The position numbers and the translations under genes are program-made. A stretch of 34,098 nt of DNA, from positions 1-34,098 of IMG/VR virus record IMGVR_UViG_3300017786_000059. The stretch is one strand, 5' to 3'. The notes beneath the pieces were generated by a model. The model saw nothing but the letters and a program-made list of their open reading frames with translations. It was not told where the DNA came from and did no database searches. Each line of letters begins with the position of its first letter. Within the stretch, counting starts at the first letter, position 1. The stretch is from a virus. Below, in pieces: positions 24,711 through 31,653 of the stretch.

Positions 24711-25922
24711 ATGGGTTATGTAGGCAACCAAACATCTAACAGCTACTCCTCAATGGACAAGCAGACCATTACTGGTAACGGTGGTGCAAGCTATACCCTG
24801 ACCCACGCTGTAGCCAACGCTCAAGAGATTGAGGTGTTTGTAAACAATGTGCGTCAGGAAGCTGGTGTTGCATACACTGTGGCTGGTACTGCACTAAGCA
24901 TGACAGGCAACGTGGCAAGCACAGATGACTTCTATGTTATCTATCAGGGCAAGGCATTGCAGACTGTAGTGCCGCCTGATGGTTCTGTTACTAGCGCAAA
25001 GCTAGACACGAACATAGCTGTTGCTGGTACGCTTACCACTGTTGGCAACGTGGGCATTGGGACGACTTCGCCTAGTTACTTGCTCGATGTTATTGGCAAC
25101 ACCAATGGCTCTGTTGTTTCTAGAATTGGTAACTTAAGCACTGGTGCTAGCTCACAGGCCATCGTGCAAATCGGTGCAGGCGCAAGTGCGGAGAGATACG
25201 TCAACTTAAACACTAACTATACGTCACAGTATTTTCAAATCTCTGGAGCAAGTATTACAACGTCTTATAAGGATTTTGACACCCAGATATTTAGAAACAA
25301 CTCTGGCGCAGAACGTATGCGTATCGACAGCAGTGGCAATCTGTCGGTGGGTAGCACTTCGGCTGTTAATGTCGCTTCTGGCACAACTGACGGTGTTACT
25401 TTAAAGCCAAATAATGTTGAAATTTCACGAGATGGTGGAACGCCTCTTTTAATGCGTAGAAGGTCATCGAACGGTGAGATGGTTGCATTTAGACGTGACA
25501 CTACATTTGTAGGCTCTATTTCCGTAACCGCATCATCCACCGCTTATAACACCTCATCTGACTACCGCCTCAAGGAAAACGTCACCGATATCACTGGCGC
25601 AACTGACAGGCTAAAGCAACTCAACCCTGTTCGGTTTAACTTTATCGCTGACGCAGATACTACAGTAGATGGCTTCCTCGCCCACGAGGTGCAGGACGTT
25701 GTACCAGAGGCAATCACTGGCACTAAGGACGGTATGCGTGACGAGGAGTACGAAGTCACACCAGCGGTTTTAGACGATGATGGCAACGTAGTCACTGAAG
25801 CTGTAATGGGTACTCGCTCTGTGCCAGATTATCAGGGCATTGACCAAAGCAAGCTAGTGCCGTTGCTGGTTAAGACCATACAAGAACTTGAGGCTCGCAT
25901 AGCCGCATTGGAGGCGAACTAA
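24711..25922 (+). CDS. Tail fibre protein 2 with C-terminal S74-type intramolecular chaperone domain
   Basis: The N-terminal anchor MGYVGNQ... is shared with ORF 27121. The C-terminus SSDYRLKENV...LNPVRFNF...FLAHEVQDVVPEA...DYQGIDQSKLVPLLVKTIQELEARIAALE is the auto-cleaving chaperone signature. Confidence 0.85.
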   Translation: MGYVGNQTSNSYSSMDKQTITGNGGASYTLTHAVANAQEIEVFVNNVRQEAGVAYTVAGTALSMTGNVASTDDFYVIYQGKALQTVVPPDGSVTSAKLDTNIAVAGTLTTVGNVGIGTTSPSYLLDVIGNTNGSVVSRIGNLSTGASSQAIVQIGAGASAERYVNLNTNYTSQYFQISGASITTSYKDFDTQIFRNNSGAERMRIDSSGNLSVGSTSAVNVASGTTDGVTLKPNNVEISRDGGTPLLMRRRSSNGEMVAFRRDTTFVGSISVTASSTAYNTSSDYRLKENVTDITGATDRLKQLNPVRFNFIADADTTVDGFLAHEVQDVVPEAITGTKDGMRDEEYEVTPAVLDDDGNVVTEAVMGTRSVPDYQGIDQSKLVPLLVKTIQELEARIAALEAN

Positions 25923-26926
25923 TGGCATTATCTAAAATACTACCAGCCTCACAAGCGCAATATGCAGGGGCTAGAAATCTTATTATCAATGGTGCGATGC
26001 AGGTCTACCAAAGAGGCAGTCAAGCTGGCGTCCGCAACACCTACGCTGTTGACCGTTTCAAACTTTTGGGTAGTGGCTCACAACTGTTTACATATAGTCA
26101 GTCAACAACAGTACCATCTGGGGAAGGCTTTTCTTATTCTGCAAAACTAGACGTGACAACAGCGGATACATCTGTAGCCGCAGGGGATTTTCAAATTCTA
26201 AGGTACATCTTTGAAGGTCAAGATTTACAGCATCTTAAATACGGCACATCAGATGCACAGTCTTTAACGCTTCAGTTTTGGATAAGGTCGCCAAAGACAG
26301 GAACACATATTGTAGAATTAGGGCATACGGATGATGTTTCTTTTAATTCACAGTCATACACTATTGCCGTAGCAGACACTTGGCAAAAGGTAACGCTTAC
26401 TTTTGATGGTTATCAGACAACATCAATCGCAAATGACAACACGGATAGTTTCAGAATTACTTGGTGGCTGATGGCTGGGTCAGATTATTCTGGCGGCACA
26501 CTTTCATCAAACACTTGGCAAAGCACAACAGCCAATCATGCGGTCGGTCAGGTGAATGTAGTAGACAGTACCAGCAATGAGTTTTACTTAACAGGCGTAC
26601 AGCTAGAAGTAGGCGAACAGGCCACACCGTTTGAACATCGGTCTTATGGGGATGAGTTGCAGAGGTGTCTGCGCTATTATGAAAGGTCTTACAAAGATGC
26701 TGTTTACTTTATGAACAACAGTTCTGGCGCACAAGTACAAAGGCAAACAAATTACTTTCAAGTCCAGAAAAGAGGCTCTCCAACACTGACGCAGACTGCA
26801 ACCCATGCAGATGGCAGTTCTACTGTTGGAAATGTTGGTGGGGATATTGATGGGATTATGCACTCATTTAGTGGCGGCGATAATGAAAGAGTTGCATTTT
26901 CTTGGACAGCAGATTCGGAGTTATAA
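25922..26926 (+). CDS. Putative receptor-binding / fibre-tip protein (334 aa)
   Basis: NLIINGAMQVYQRG...DRF...FYLTGVQLEVGEQATPFEHRSYGDELQRCLRYYE is a pattern seen in phage fibre-associated beta-sandwich proteins. TAATG overlap with fibre 2. Confidence 0.6.
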   Translation: MALSKILPASQAQYAGARNLIINGAMQVYQRGSQAGVRNTYAVDRFKLLGSGSQLFTYSQSTTVPSGEGFSYSAKLDVTTADTSVAAGDFQILRYIFEGQDLQHLKYGTSDAQSLTLQFWIRSPKTGTHIVELGHTDDVSFNSQSYTIAVADTWQKVTLTFDGYQTTSIANDNTDSFRITWWLMAGSDYSGGTLSSNTWQSTTANHAVGQVNVVDSTSNEFYLTGVQLEVGEQATPFEHRSYGDELQRCLRYYERSYKDAVYFMNNSSGAQVQRQTNYFQVQKRGSPTLTQTATHADGSSTVGNVGGDIDGIMHSFSGGDNERVAFSWTADSEL

Positions 26927-27121
26927 ATGAACATTACTAGCGCACAATATGTGAATGAATATGATTTTGATGGCACGACTGTCCTTAACAGTAACATCTA
27001 TATTAAAGCAGTTATTGATGGGGAAACACTAGATGTTCCCCTTGACCCAGCCAACCGCCACTACGCAGAAATCATGCGTCAGGTAAATGCTGGCGAACTA
27101 ACAATAGCGGAGGCAGAATAA
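26927..27121 (+). CDS. Small hypothetical protein (64 aa) in the fibre cassette
   Basis: Track ORF, tightly packed (TAAATG upstream, TAATG downstream). Confidence 0.55.
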   Translation: MNITSAQYVNEYDFDGTTVLNSNIYIKAVIDGETLDVPLDPANRHYAEIMRQVNAGELTIAEAE

Positions 27122-27891
27122 TGCCATACATAGGCAAATCACCAGTAGGCGGTGGCTTTCATAAGCTAGATGCTCTTACTGCTTCTGCTACAGCTACCTA
27201 CGCTTTGACGCTAGGTTCTGCGGCATACTTTCCAGAGACAGCTAACCAGCTACTTGTATCTCTGAACGGTGTTATCCAAGCACCACAGGATAGCTTTACA
27301 GTGTCAGGTAGCAACCTTATCTTTGACACGGCTCTGACAGCCAGCGACAGCATCGACTTTGTTGTTGCGCTGGGTGATGTGCTGGGTGTTGGTTCGGTTA
27401 CTGATGGGGCAGTAACGGCTAACAAGATTGGTAACGGTGCGGTTACAAAAGCCAAGATGGGTACGACTGAGTTGGACTTAGCTACCATCAAGGATAGCAC
27501 TGGTACTAATACTGCGATGACGATTGATAGCAGTGGTTCTGTTAATTTTCCAAACACAAATATTTCTTCTATTGGATTTGGTCAAACTTGGCAAGATGTA
27601 AACTCAAGTAGAGCAAAAGCTACTGAATATCAAAACACTACTAGTTTACCAATTATGGTTTCTATTTGGTTTAATGGTTCGTTTACTGACACAGGACGTT
27701 TACAAGTTAGCACAACATCTGGAAGCGGTTTTATTACTATTTCCGAAGCTGATGGTGGAGATTATTATTCTAGTAGTGCCTACACAACCCACACTGCAAA
27801 TGTCCAAGCAATTATTCCAGTAAATCATTATTATAAAATAGTACAAAATGGTTCAGTTTTAAATATTGTTGGCTGGGCAGAGTTAAGATAG
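27121..27891 (+). CDS. Tail fibre protein 3 (shared N-terminal anchor, AT-rich C-terminal knob)
   Basis: The N-terminus MPYIGKSPVGGGFHKLD...LLVSLNGVIQAPQDSFTVSG..LIF is co-linear with ORF 24711. The C-terminus GFGQTWQDVNSSRAKATEYQNTTSLPIMVSI...GWAELR is knob-like. Confidence 0.8.
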   Translation: MPYIGKSPVGGGFHKLDALTASATATYALTLGSAAYFPETANQLLVSLNGVIQAPQDSFTVSGSNLIFDTALTASDSIDFVVALGDVLGVGSVTDGAVTANKIGNGAVTKAKMGTTELDLATIKDSTGTNTAMTIDSSGSVNFPNTNISSIGFGQTWQDVNSSRAKATEYQNTTSLPIMVSIWFNGSFTDTGRLQVSTTSGSGFITISEADGGDYYSSSAYTTHTANVQAIIPVNHYYKIVQNGSVLNIVGWAELR

Positions 27892-27901
27892 GGAGACTAA
27901 C

Positions 27902-28387
27902 ATGGCACTAATTAAACTAAACAATCAGTCTCTGTCTGCTGTGACATCGGCTGGCTTGCCTACAAAAAGTGGGAGTATTATCAACGTAACCTCATCAAGA
28001 TTTACTGGAACAGCTAACACAACTAGCTCAAGTTTTTTAACCACAGGCCACAATATAACAGTAACACCTTCAAGCACCTCAAGCAAACTTATGATATTAG
28101 GTCTAGGTGGCGCACAAACTTATGCCCAAGTTGGTGAGGTTAGAATTAGGCTGTATAGAAAAATAGGAACGGGGTCTTTCAGTGACATTACAGGGGATAT
28201 AAATAGAATTTATATGAGTTCTTCTTTTTACAATCCTATAGCTTTTTCTTATACAGACAGCCCTGCAACAACCAGTTCAGTTACATACGAAATTTACTTT
28301 CGAAGTGGTAATGGTAATGACGTTTACTACTCTGGAACAGATTTAGATAAAAGACAAGAGCTTACCATAATGGAGATTGCAGGGTGA
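27902..28387 (+). CDS. Putative fibre-associated / receptor-binding protein (161 aa)
   Basis: Ser/Thr-rich beta protein (MALIKLNNQSLSAVTSAGLPTKSGSIINVTSS...) in the AT-rich segment that continues from the fibre 3 tip. Confidence 0.6.
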   Translation: MALIKLNNQSLSAVTSAGLPTKSGSIINVTSSRFTGTANTTSSSFLTTGHNITVTPSSTSSKLMILGLGGAQTYAQVGEVRIRLYRKIGTGSFSDITGDINRIYMSSSFYNPIAFSYTDSPATTSSVTYEIYFRSGNGNDVYYSGTDLDKRQELTIMEIAG

Positions 28388-28554
28388 ACAAGCCGACCAT
28401 TCAATCCATTCATGTCGAGCTTGAAAAGCATATTGCTGTATCAGATGAACGCTGGACAGAAACGATCCTACGCATAAAGCGGATGGAAAGCATCATGATC
28501 GGCTCTGCTGGTGCAATAATACTTTTGTTGTTAGCTGTAGTCTGGCGAGGCTAG
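28384..28554 (+). CDS. Small tail-anchored membrane protein (56 aa)
   Basis: Hand translation from GTG (GTGA overlap): VNKPTIQSIHVELEKHIAVSDERWTETILRIKRMESIMIGSAGAIILLLLAVVWRG. C-terminal TM segment. Below the track cutoff. Confidence 0.5.
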   Translation: MNKPTIQSIHVELEKHIAVSDERWTETILRIKRMESIMIGSAGAIILLLLAVVWRG

Positions 28555-28555
28555 C

Positions 28556-29023
28556 ATGGCTATAGACCCTGTATCGGCTATAGCTGTAGCTACAACAGCA
28601 TACAGGGGAATAGTACAGGCTTATAGGGCTGGCAAGCAAGTAGAGTCTATGTCTAAGGATATAGGCAAATGGATGGGTGCTATTGCTGATGTAAAGCAAG
28701 CCCACCAAGAAAAGAAATCATCCAGATTTAAGAACGTAGAGGAACAGGCTCTTGATACTTACCAGGCTTTGAAGAAGGCTGAGAAGATGGAGCAGGAGTT
28801 AAAGAATTTTCTTATTGCTAATTACGGATTTCAAGCATGGAATGATTTAATGCGTATTCAAGCTGACCTAAGAAAAGAAAGGCTAGCAGAGAAACGTAGA
28901 AGGCAAAAGAAAATGGAACGTATTATGGAGGCGTTGGGCCTGGGGTTTGTTACTTTGCTTATAGCGGCAATGGTAGCCGGAGTAGTTGCGTGGGCGGTTT
29001 GGTTAAAGGGAGGTTTTAGATGA
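28556..29023 (+). CDS. Membrane protein with coiled-coil region and C-terminal TM (155 aa)
   Basis: Track ORF with the C-terminal segment LGLGFVTLLIAAMVAGVVAWAVWL. Confidence 0.65.
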   Translation: MAIDPVSAIAVATTAYRGIVQAYRAGKQVESMSKDIGKWMGAIADVKQAHQEKKSSRFKNVEEQALDTYQALKKAEKMEQELKNFLIANYGFQAWNDLMRIQADLRKERLAEKRRRQKKMERIMEALGLGFVTLLIAAMVAGVVAWAVWLKGGFR

Positions 29024-29226
29024 GTGCAGAAGATGTAGCAAGAAAGCTATTAGAGCTAAAGATACTGCCACGCTTTATGATGCTTTGCATGACAGGCGTT
29101 TACATACGCTGTATTGAGTGGGCGTTATCACAGCCAGATTTAACAACGCAACAGGCCAGCCTGATATCTGTTGTAACTGGCGCCATGACAGGCAGCCTAG
29201 CGGTTTGGTTAAACTCAGAGAAGTAA
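29020..29226 (+). CDS. Two-TM small membrane protein (68 aa), holin-like
   Basis: ATGA overlap. Hydrophobic segments ILPRFMMLCMTGVYIRCIEWAL and ASLISVVTGAMTGSLAVWL. Confidence 0.5.
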   Translation: MSAEDVARKLLELKILPRFMMLCMTGVYIRCIEWALSQPDLTTQQASLISVVTGAMTGSLAVWLNSEK

Positions 29227-29622
29227 ATGGCTACTAAGCTCAATGAGAACACAGAGGTAGCGCTGCCGCTGCGCAACATCATCAGCATGGTTGCGGCGGC
29301 TAGTCTCGCAACGTGGGCGTACTTTGGTTTGATAGAGAGGCTAAACACACTAGAGACAAACCAGACCATGATGCAGTCTGACTTGGAACAGAACACAGAG
29401 TTTCGCATCAAGTGGCCGCGTGGCGAGATGGGTAGCTTGCCAGCAGATAGCGAACAGTTCATGCTAATAGAGCATTTAGCGACTGAGTTAGAGAAGCTAC
29501 AGAACGAGATAGAGGGCGGCAAAGCACCTTACGACCAACAGCAGAAACTCACGCTAGAGTTTTACGAGAAACGGATAACTAGCTTAGAAGAAAATATAGA
29601 GAAGTTGCGTAACGGTGATTGA
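29227..29622 (+). CDS. N-terminally anchored coiled-coil membrane protein (131 aa; i-spanin-like topology)
   Basis: TM segment IISMVAAASLATWAYFGLI followed by heptad-like helical sequence. Confidence 0.6.
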   Translation: MATKLNENTEVALPLRNIISMVAAASLATWAYFGLIERLNTLETNQTMMQSDLEQNTEFRIKWPRGEMGSLPADSEQFMLIEHLATELEKLQNEIEGGKAPYDQQQKLTLEFYEKRITSLEENIEKLRNGD

Positions 29623-29821
29623 ACTAACTTTTGTATTATTGTTGGTTATGGGTGGCGAGAAAGTAGAGTACACGCCTTATCAATCTTTGTCTGAGTGCTT
29701 GTCTGTAAGAAGAAAGATTAAGCGAAACGTAGGCCATACCAATAACTTCGACCAGAAGTGGTCATGTAAGGAACTAAAGGTTAAGGTGCGGGACGGTAAC
29801 ATATTGGAGTTTGTAGAATGA
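29615..29821 (+). CDS. Small protein with N-terminal hydrophobic segment (68 aa)
   Basis: GTG start overlaps the upstream stop (GTGATTGA). Sequence begins ELTFVLLLVMGG. No lipobox Cys. Confidence 0.45.
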   Translation: MIELTFVLLLVMGGEKVEYTPYQSLSECLSVRRKIKRNVGHTNNFDQKWSCKELKVKVRDGNILEFVE

Positions 29822-30162
29822 TTCAGTTACTAGGTGTAGTAGGCAATCTTGCTCAAACATTTCTTGAAGGCAAGGTAGAAAAGGAAAAAGCCAAGTCTGA
29901 GATTATGAAAACTGCTGCGCAGCATGACAGCAAATGGGAGCTCATCATGGCTGAGTCCACCCGCAGCAGCTGGAAAGACGAGGTAATCACAATCGCGGTG
30001 CTAACGCCTTGTGTGTTATCATTCATACCTGGCATGGAAGATGTAGTAAAAGAAGGCTTTGCCAGGCTGTCTGAGCTGCCGGATTGGTATCAAAACATAT
30101 TATATGTTACCATCCTAGCAGGGCTAGGCCTCAAGGGCTTGGATAAATTTAGGAGAAAGTAA
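29818..30162 (+). CDS. Holin (resembles the 3-TM 'GTA-type' holin family)
   Basis: The N-terminal LLGVVGNLAQTFL, central ...AESTRSSWKDE..., hydrophobic VITIAVLTPCVLSFIPG and the LYVTILAGLGLKGLDKF ending match that family's architecture. Close to the endolysin. Confidence 0.6.
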   Translation: MIQLLGVVGNLAQTFLEGKVEKEKAKSEIMKTAAQHDSKWELIMAESTRSSWKDEVITIAVLTPCVLSFIPGMEDVVKEGFARLSELPDWYQNILYVTILAGLGLKGLDKFRRK

Positions 30163-30320
30163 TGGCTAAACGACCCGGACTTTGGGCAAACATCCACGCT
30201 AAACGCAAGCGGATTGCTGCCGGCAGCGGAGAGAAAATGAGAAAGCCAGGCGAAGCTGGCGCACCTACAGCAAAAGCATTGCGTGTAAGCGCGGTGAAAA
30301 AAATGAAAGGAAAAAAATAA
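30162..30320 (+). CDS. Tiny basic protein (52 aa)
   Basis: Hand translation: MAKRPGLWANIHAKRKRIAAGSGEKMRKPGEAGAPTAKALRVSAVKKMKGKK. TAATG overlaps at both ends. The GLWANIHAKRKR motif recalls a widespread small viral protein family (unverified). Confidence 0.55.
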   Translation: MAKRPGLWANIHAKRKRIAAGSGEKMRKPGEAGAPTAKALRVSAVKKMKGKK

Positions 30321-30439
30321 TGCCTATGGGTAAAGGAACGTATGGAAAAAAGGTTGGCCGTCCATCTAAGGAAAACAAGAATGACCCGAAGATGAAGCGC
30401 CTGGCAATGCTGAAGATGAAAAAGGCAGCCAAAAAGTAA
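30320..30439 (+). CDS. Tiny basic protein (39 aa)
   Basis: Hand translation: MPMGKGTYGKKVGRPSKENKNDPKMKRLAMLKMKKAAKK. TAATG overlaps at both ends. Confidence 0.45.
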   Translation: MPMGKGTYGKKVGRPSKENKNDPKMKRLAMLKMKKAAKK

Positions 30440-30888
30440 TGAAGCTATCGCCTCATTTTAGCCTGGAAGAAATGACCAAAAGCCAGACGGCGGTGCGCAA
30501 GGGAATACCAAACGTGCCAAAGGATGAGCACATCCGGGCTATAGCGTTGCTCTGCGAGAATATCCTGGAGCCGGTGCGTGAACAGTATGGCAAACCATTT
30601 GCGCCCAGCAGCGGGTATCGCAGCGGGGAGTTGTGTATTGCTATCGGTAGCAGCGTCAACAGCCAGCACGCGAAGGGGGAAGCTGCAGACTTTGAGGTGC
30701 CGGGGGTAAGCAATCTGGAGGTGGCCGGGTGGATTGCCGGCAATCTGGATTTTGACCAGCTAATCCTGGAGCACTACGAAGGCGGCAATACCGGCTGGAT
30801 ACATTGCAGTTATAAAGGCCAGAACAACCGCAAGGAAGTCCTGACCTATGACCGCAAGAACGGTTATCGCAAGGGGTTAATCACTTAG
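30439..30888 (+). CDS. Endolysin, peptidase M15 (L-alanyl-D-glutamate / D-Ala-D-Ala peptidase type)
   Basis: HFSLEEMTKSQTAVRKGIPNVP...SSGYRS...NSQHAKGEAADFEV...GWIHCS gives the H-D-H zinc ligand pattern of the M15 family. Confidence 0.9.
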   Translation: MKLSPHFSLEEMTKSQTAVRKGIPNVPKDEHIRAIALLCENILEPVREQYGKPFAPSSGYRSGELCIAIGSSVNSQHAKGEAADFEVPGVSNLEVAGWIAGNLDFDQLILEHYEGGNTGWIHCSYKGQNNRKEVLTYDRKNGYRKGLIT

Positions 30889-31041
30889 CGCATCCGTAAT
30901 CCCCTGCGCTGCATCGAGCGTTTTATTGTTTTGTTTTGTATAACAGGGCCATTGCGCCTCTGGTCTGTCCTGTATTTATCAAAATTTATTACCCTGTCTT
31001 TTAATTTTTTCAGGTACAGGGCGAACTGTTCTGGCGTCATG

Positions 31042-31419
31042 TCATGCACTGTCATTTTTTTCATCTGCTTTCATTAAATGTTTTGTGCCTCTCATCACAC
31101 TAACTCCGGGGCTGTCAACGGAGACATTTAGTTTCACAGCATCCCCGCCGCCTGAAACAGCCCTCATTGCACACGATTGGTCACGCTCGTAAAAGAATTT
31201 ATAAGAAAACTCTTCTGCGTTCTCGTCATATCCCCGCACCTCAAGAACGGTGCCGCCTTGTGCCTTGTGAAACATAACACCAAGCCCACTTTCAATATGT
31301 TTTTTTGCGCGGTCTATGTCAGGCAAGTTTTTCGTTGCGCAAACCTTTACGCCTTGCGTTGTTTCGATTGCGTTAAAATTTTTATAGCGTTCCCACGCTG
31401 CTAATTCAAATGCGTCCAT
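31042..31419 (-). CDS. Hypothetical protein (125 aa)
   Basis: Track ORF with AAGGAGGA SD upstream. No motif recognised. Confidence 0.7.
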   Translation of the reverse strand: MDAFELAAWERYKNFNAIETTQGVKVCATKNLPDIDRAKKHIESGLGVMFHKAQGGTVLEVRGYDENAEEFSYKFFYERDQSCAMRAVSGGGDAVKLNVSVDSPGVSVMRGTKHLMKADEKNDSA

Positions 31420-31431
31420 AACTAATCCTCC

Positions 31432-31653
31432 TTAATCCAATATAACCAAGCCATTCTTCATGCCATTGCCCCGGCGCACCCAACCCCGGCGCTCGATGGC
31501 AGCCAGGTGCTTTGCTATATTAGCCTGGCTGATGCCGAAATACTCCGCTGCTTCTGTTTGCGTAGGCGTGATGCCGTTAGCTTTCTGGTACACCACCAGG
31601 TAATCAAAGATTTCCTTCTGGCGTTCCGTCAAATTGTACTTTACCTGTTCCAT
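31432..31653 (-). CDS. LexA N-terminal (winged-helix) DNA-binding-domain-only protein (73 aa)
   Basis: LTERQKEIFDYLVVYQKANGITPTQTEAAEYFGISQANIAKHLAAIERRGWVRR aligns co-linearly with E. coli LexA [54 protein letters not shown]. The protein ends where the LexA hinge begins. Confidence 0.8.
   Translation of the reverse strand: MEQVKYNLTERQKEIFDYLVVYQKANGITPTQTEAAEYFGISQANIAKHLAAIERRGWVRRGNGMKNGLVILD

Noticed and set aside
23048-28387. A diversity-generating retroelement (template/variable repeat pair) targeting the fibre tips, as in BPP-1-like podoviruses.
   Set aside because: There is no reverse transcriptase gene anywhere in the genome. I saw no near-identical ~100-bp repeat pair differing at adenines.
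30905-30937. Possible intrinsic terminator after the endolysin gene (cgct-gcatcg-agcg followed by ttttattgttttgtttt).
   Set aside because: The stem is only 4-5 bp. The T-rich tract is convincing but the hairpin is too weak to call. No strong bidirectional terminator was found in the 30889-31041 convergence zone.
30885-31064. A 59-codon minus-strand ORF (MKKMTVHDMTPEQFALYLKKLKDRVINF...) filling the convergent gap after the leftward operon.
   Set aside because: No SD precedes any of its three early ATGs. The C-terminal half is R/K/Q-rich noise, and it overlaps the upstream gene by 23 nt. Not called. Confidence about 0.2.
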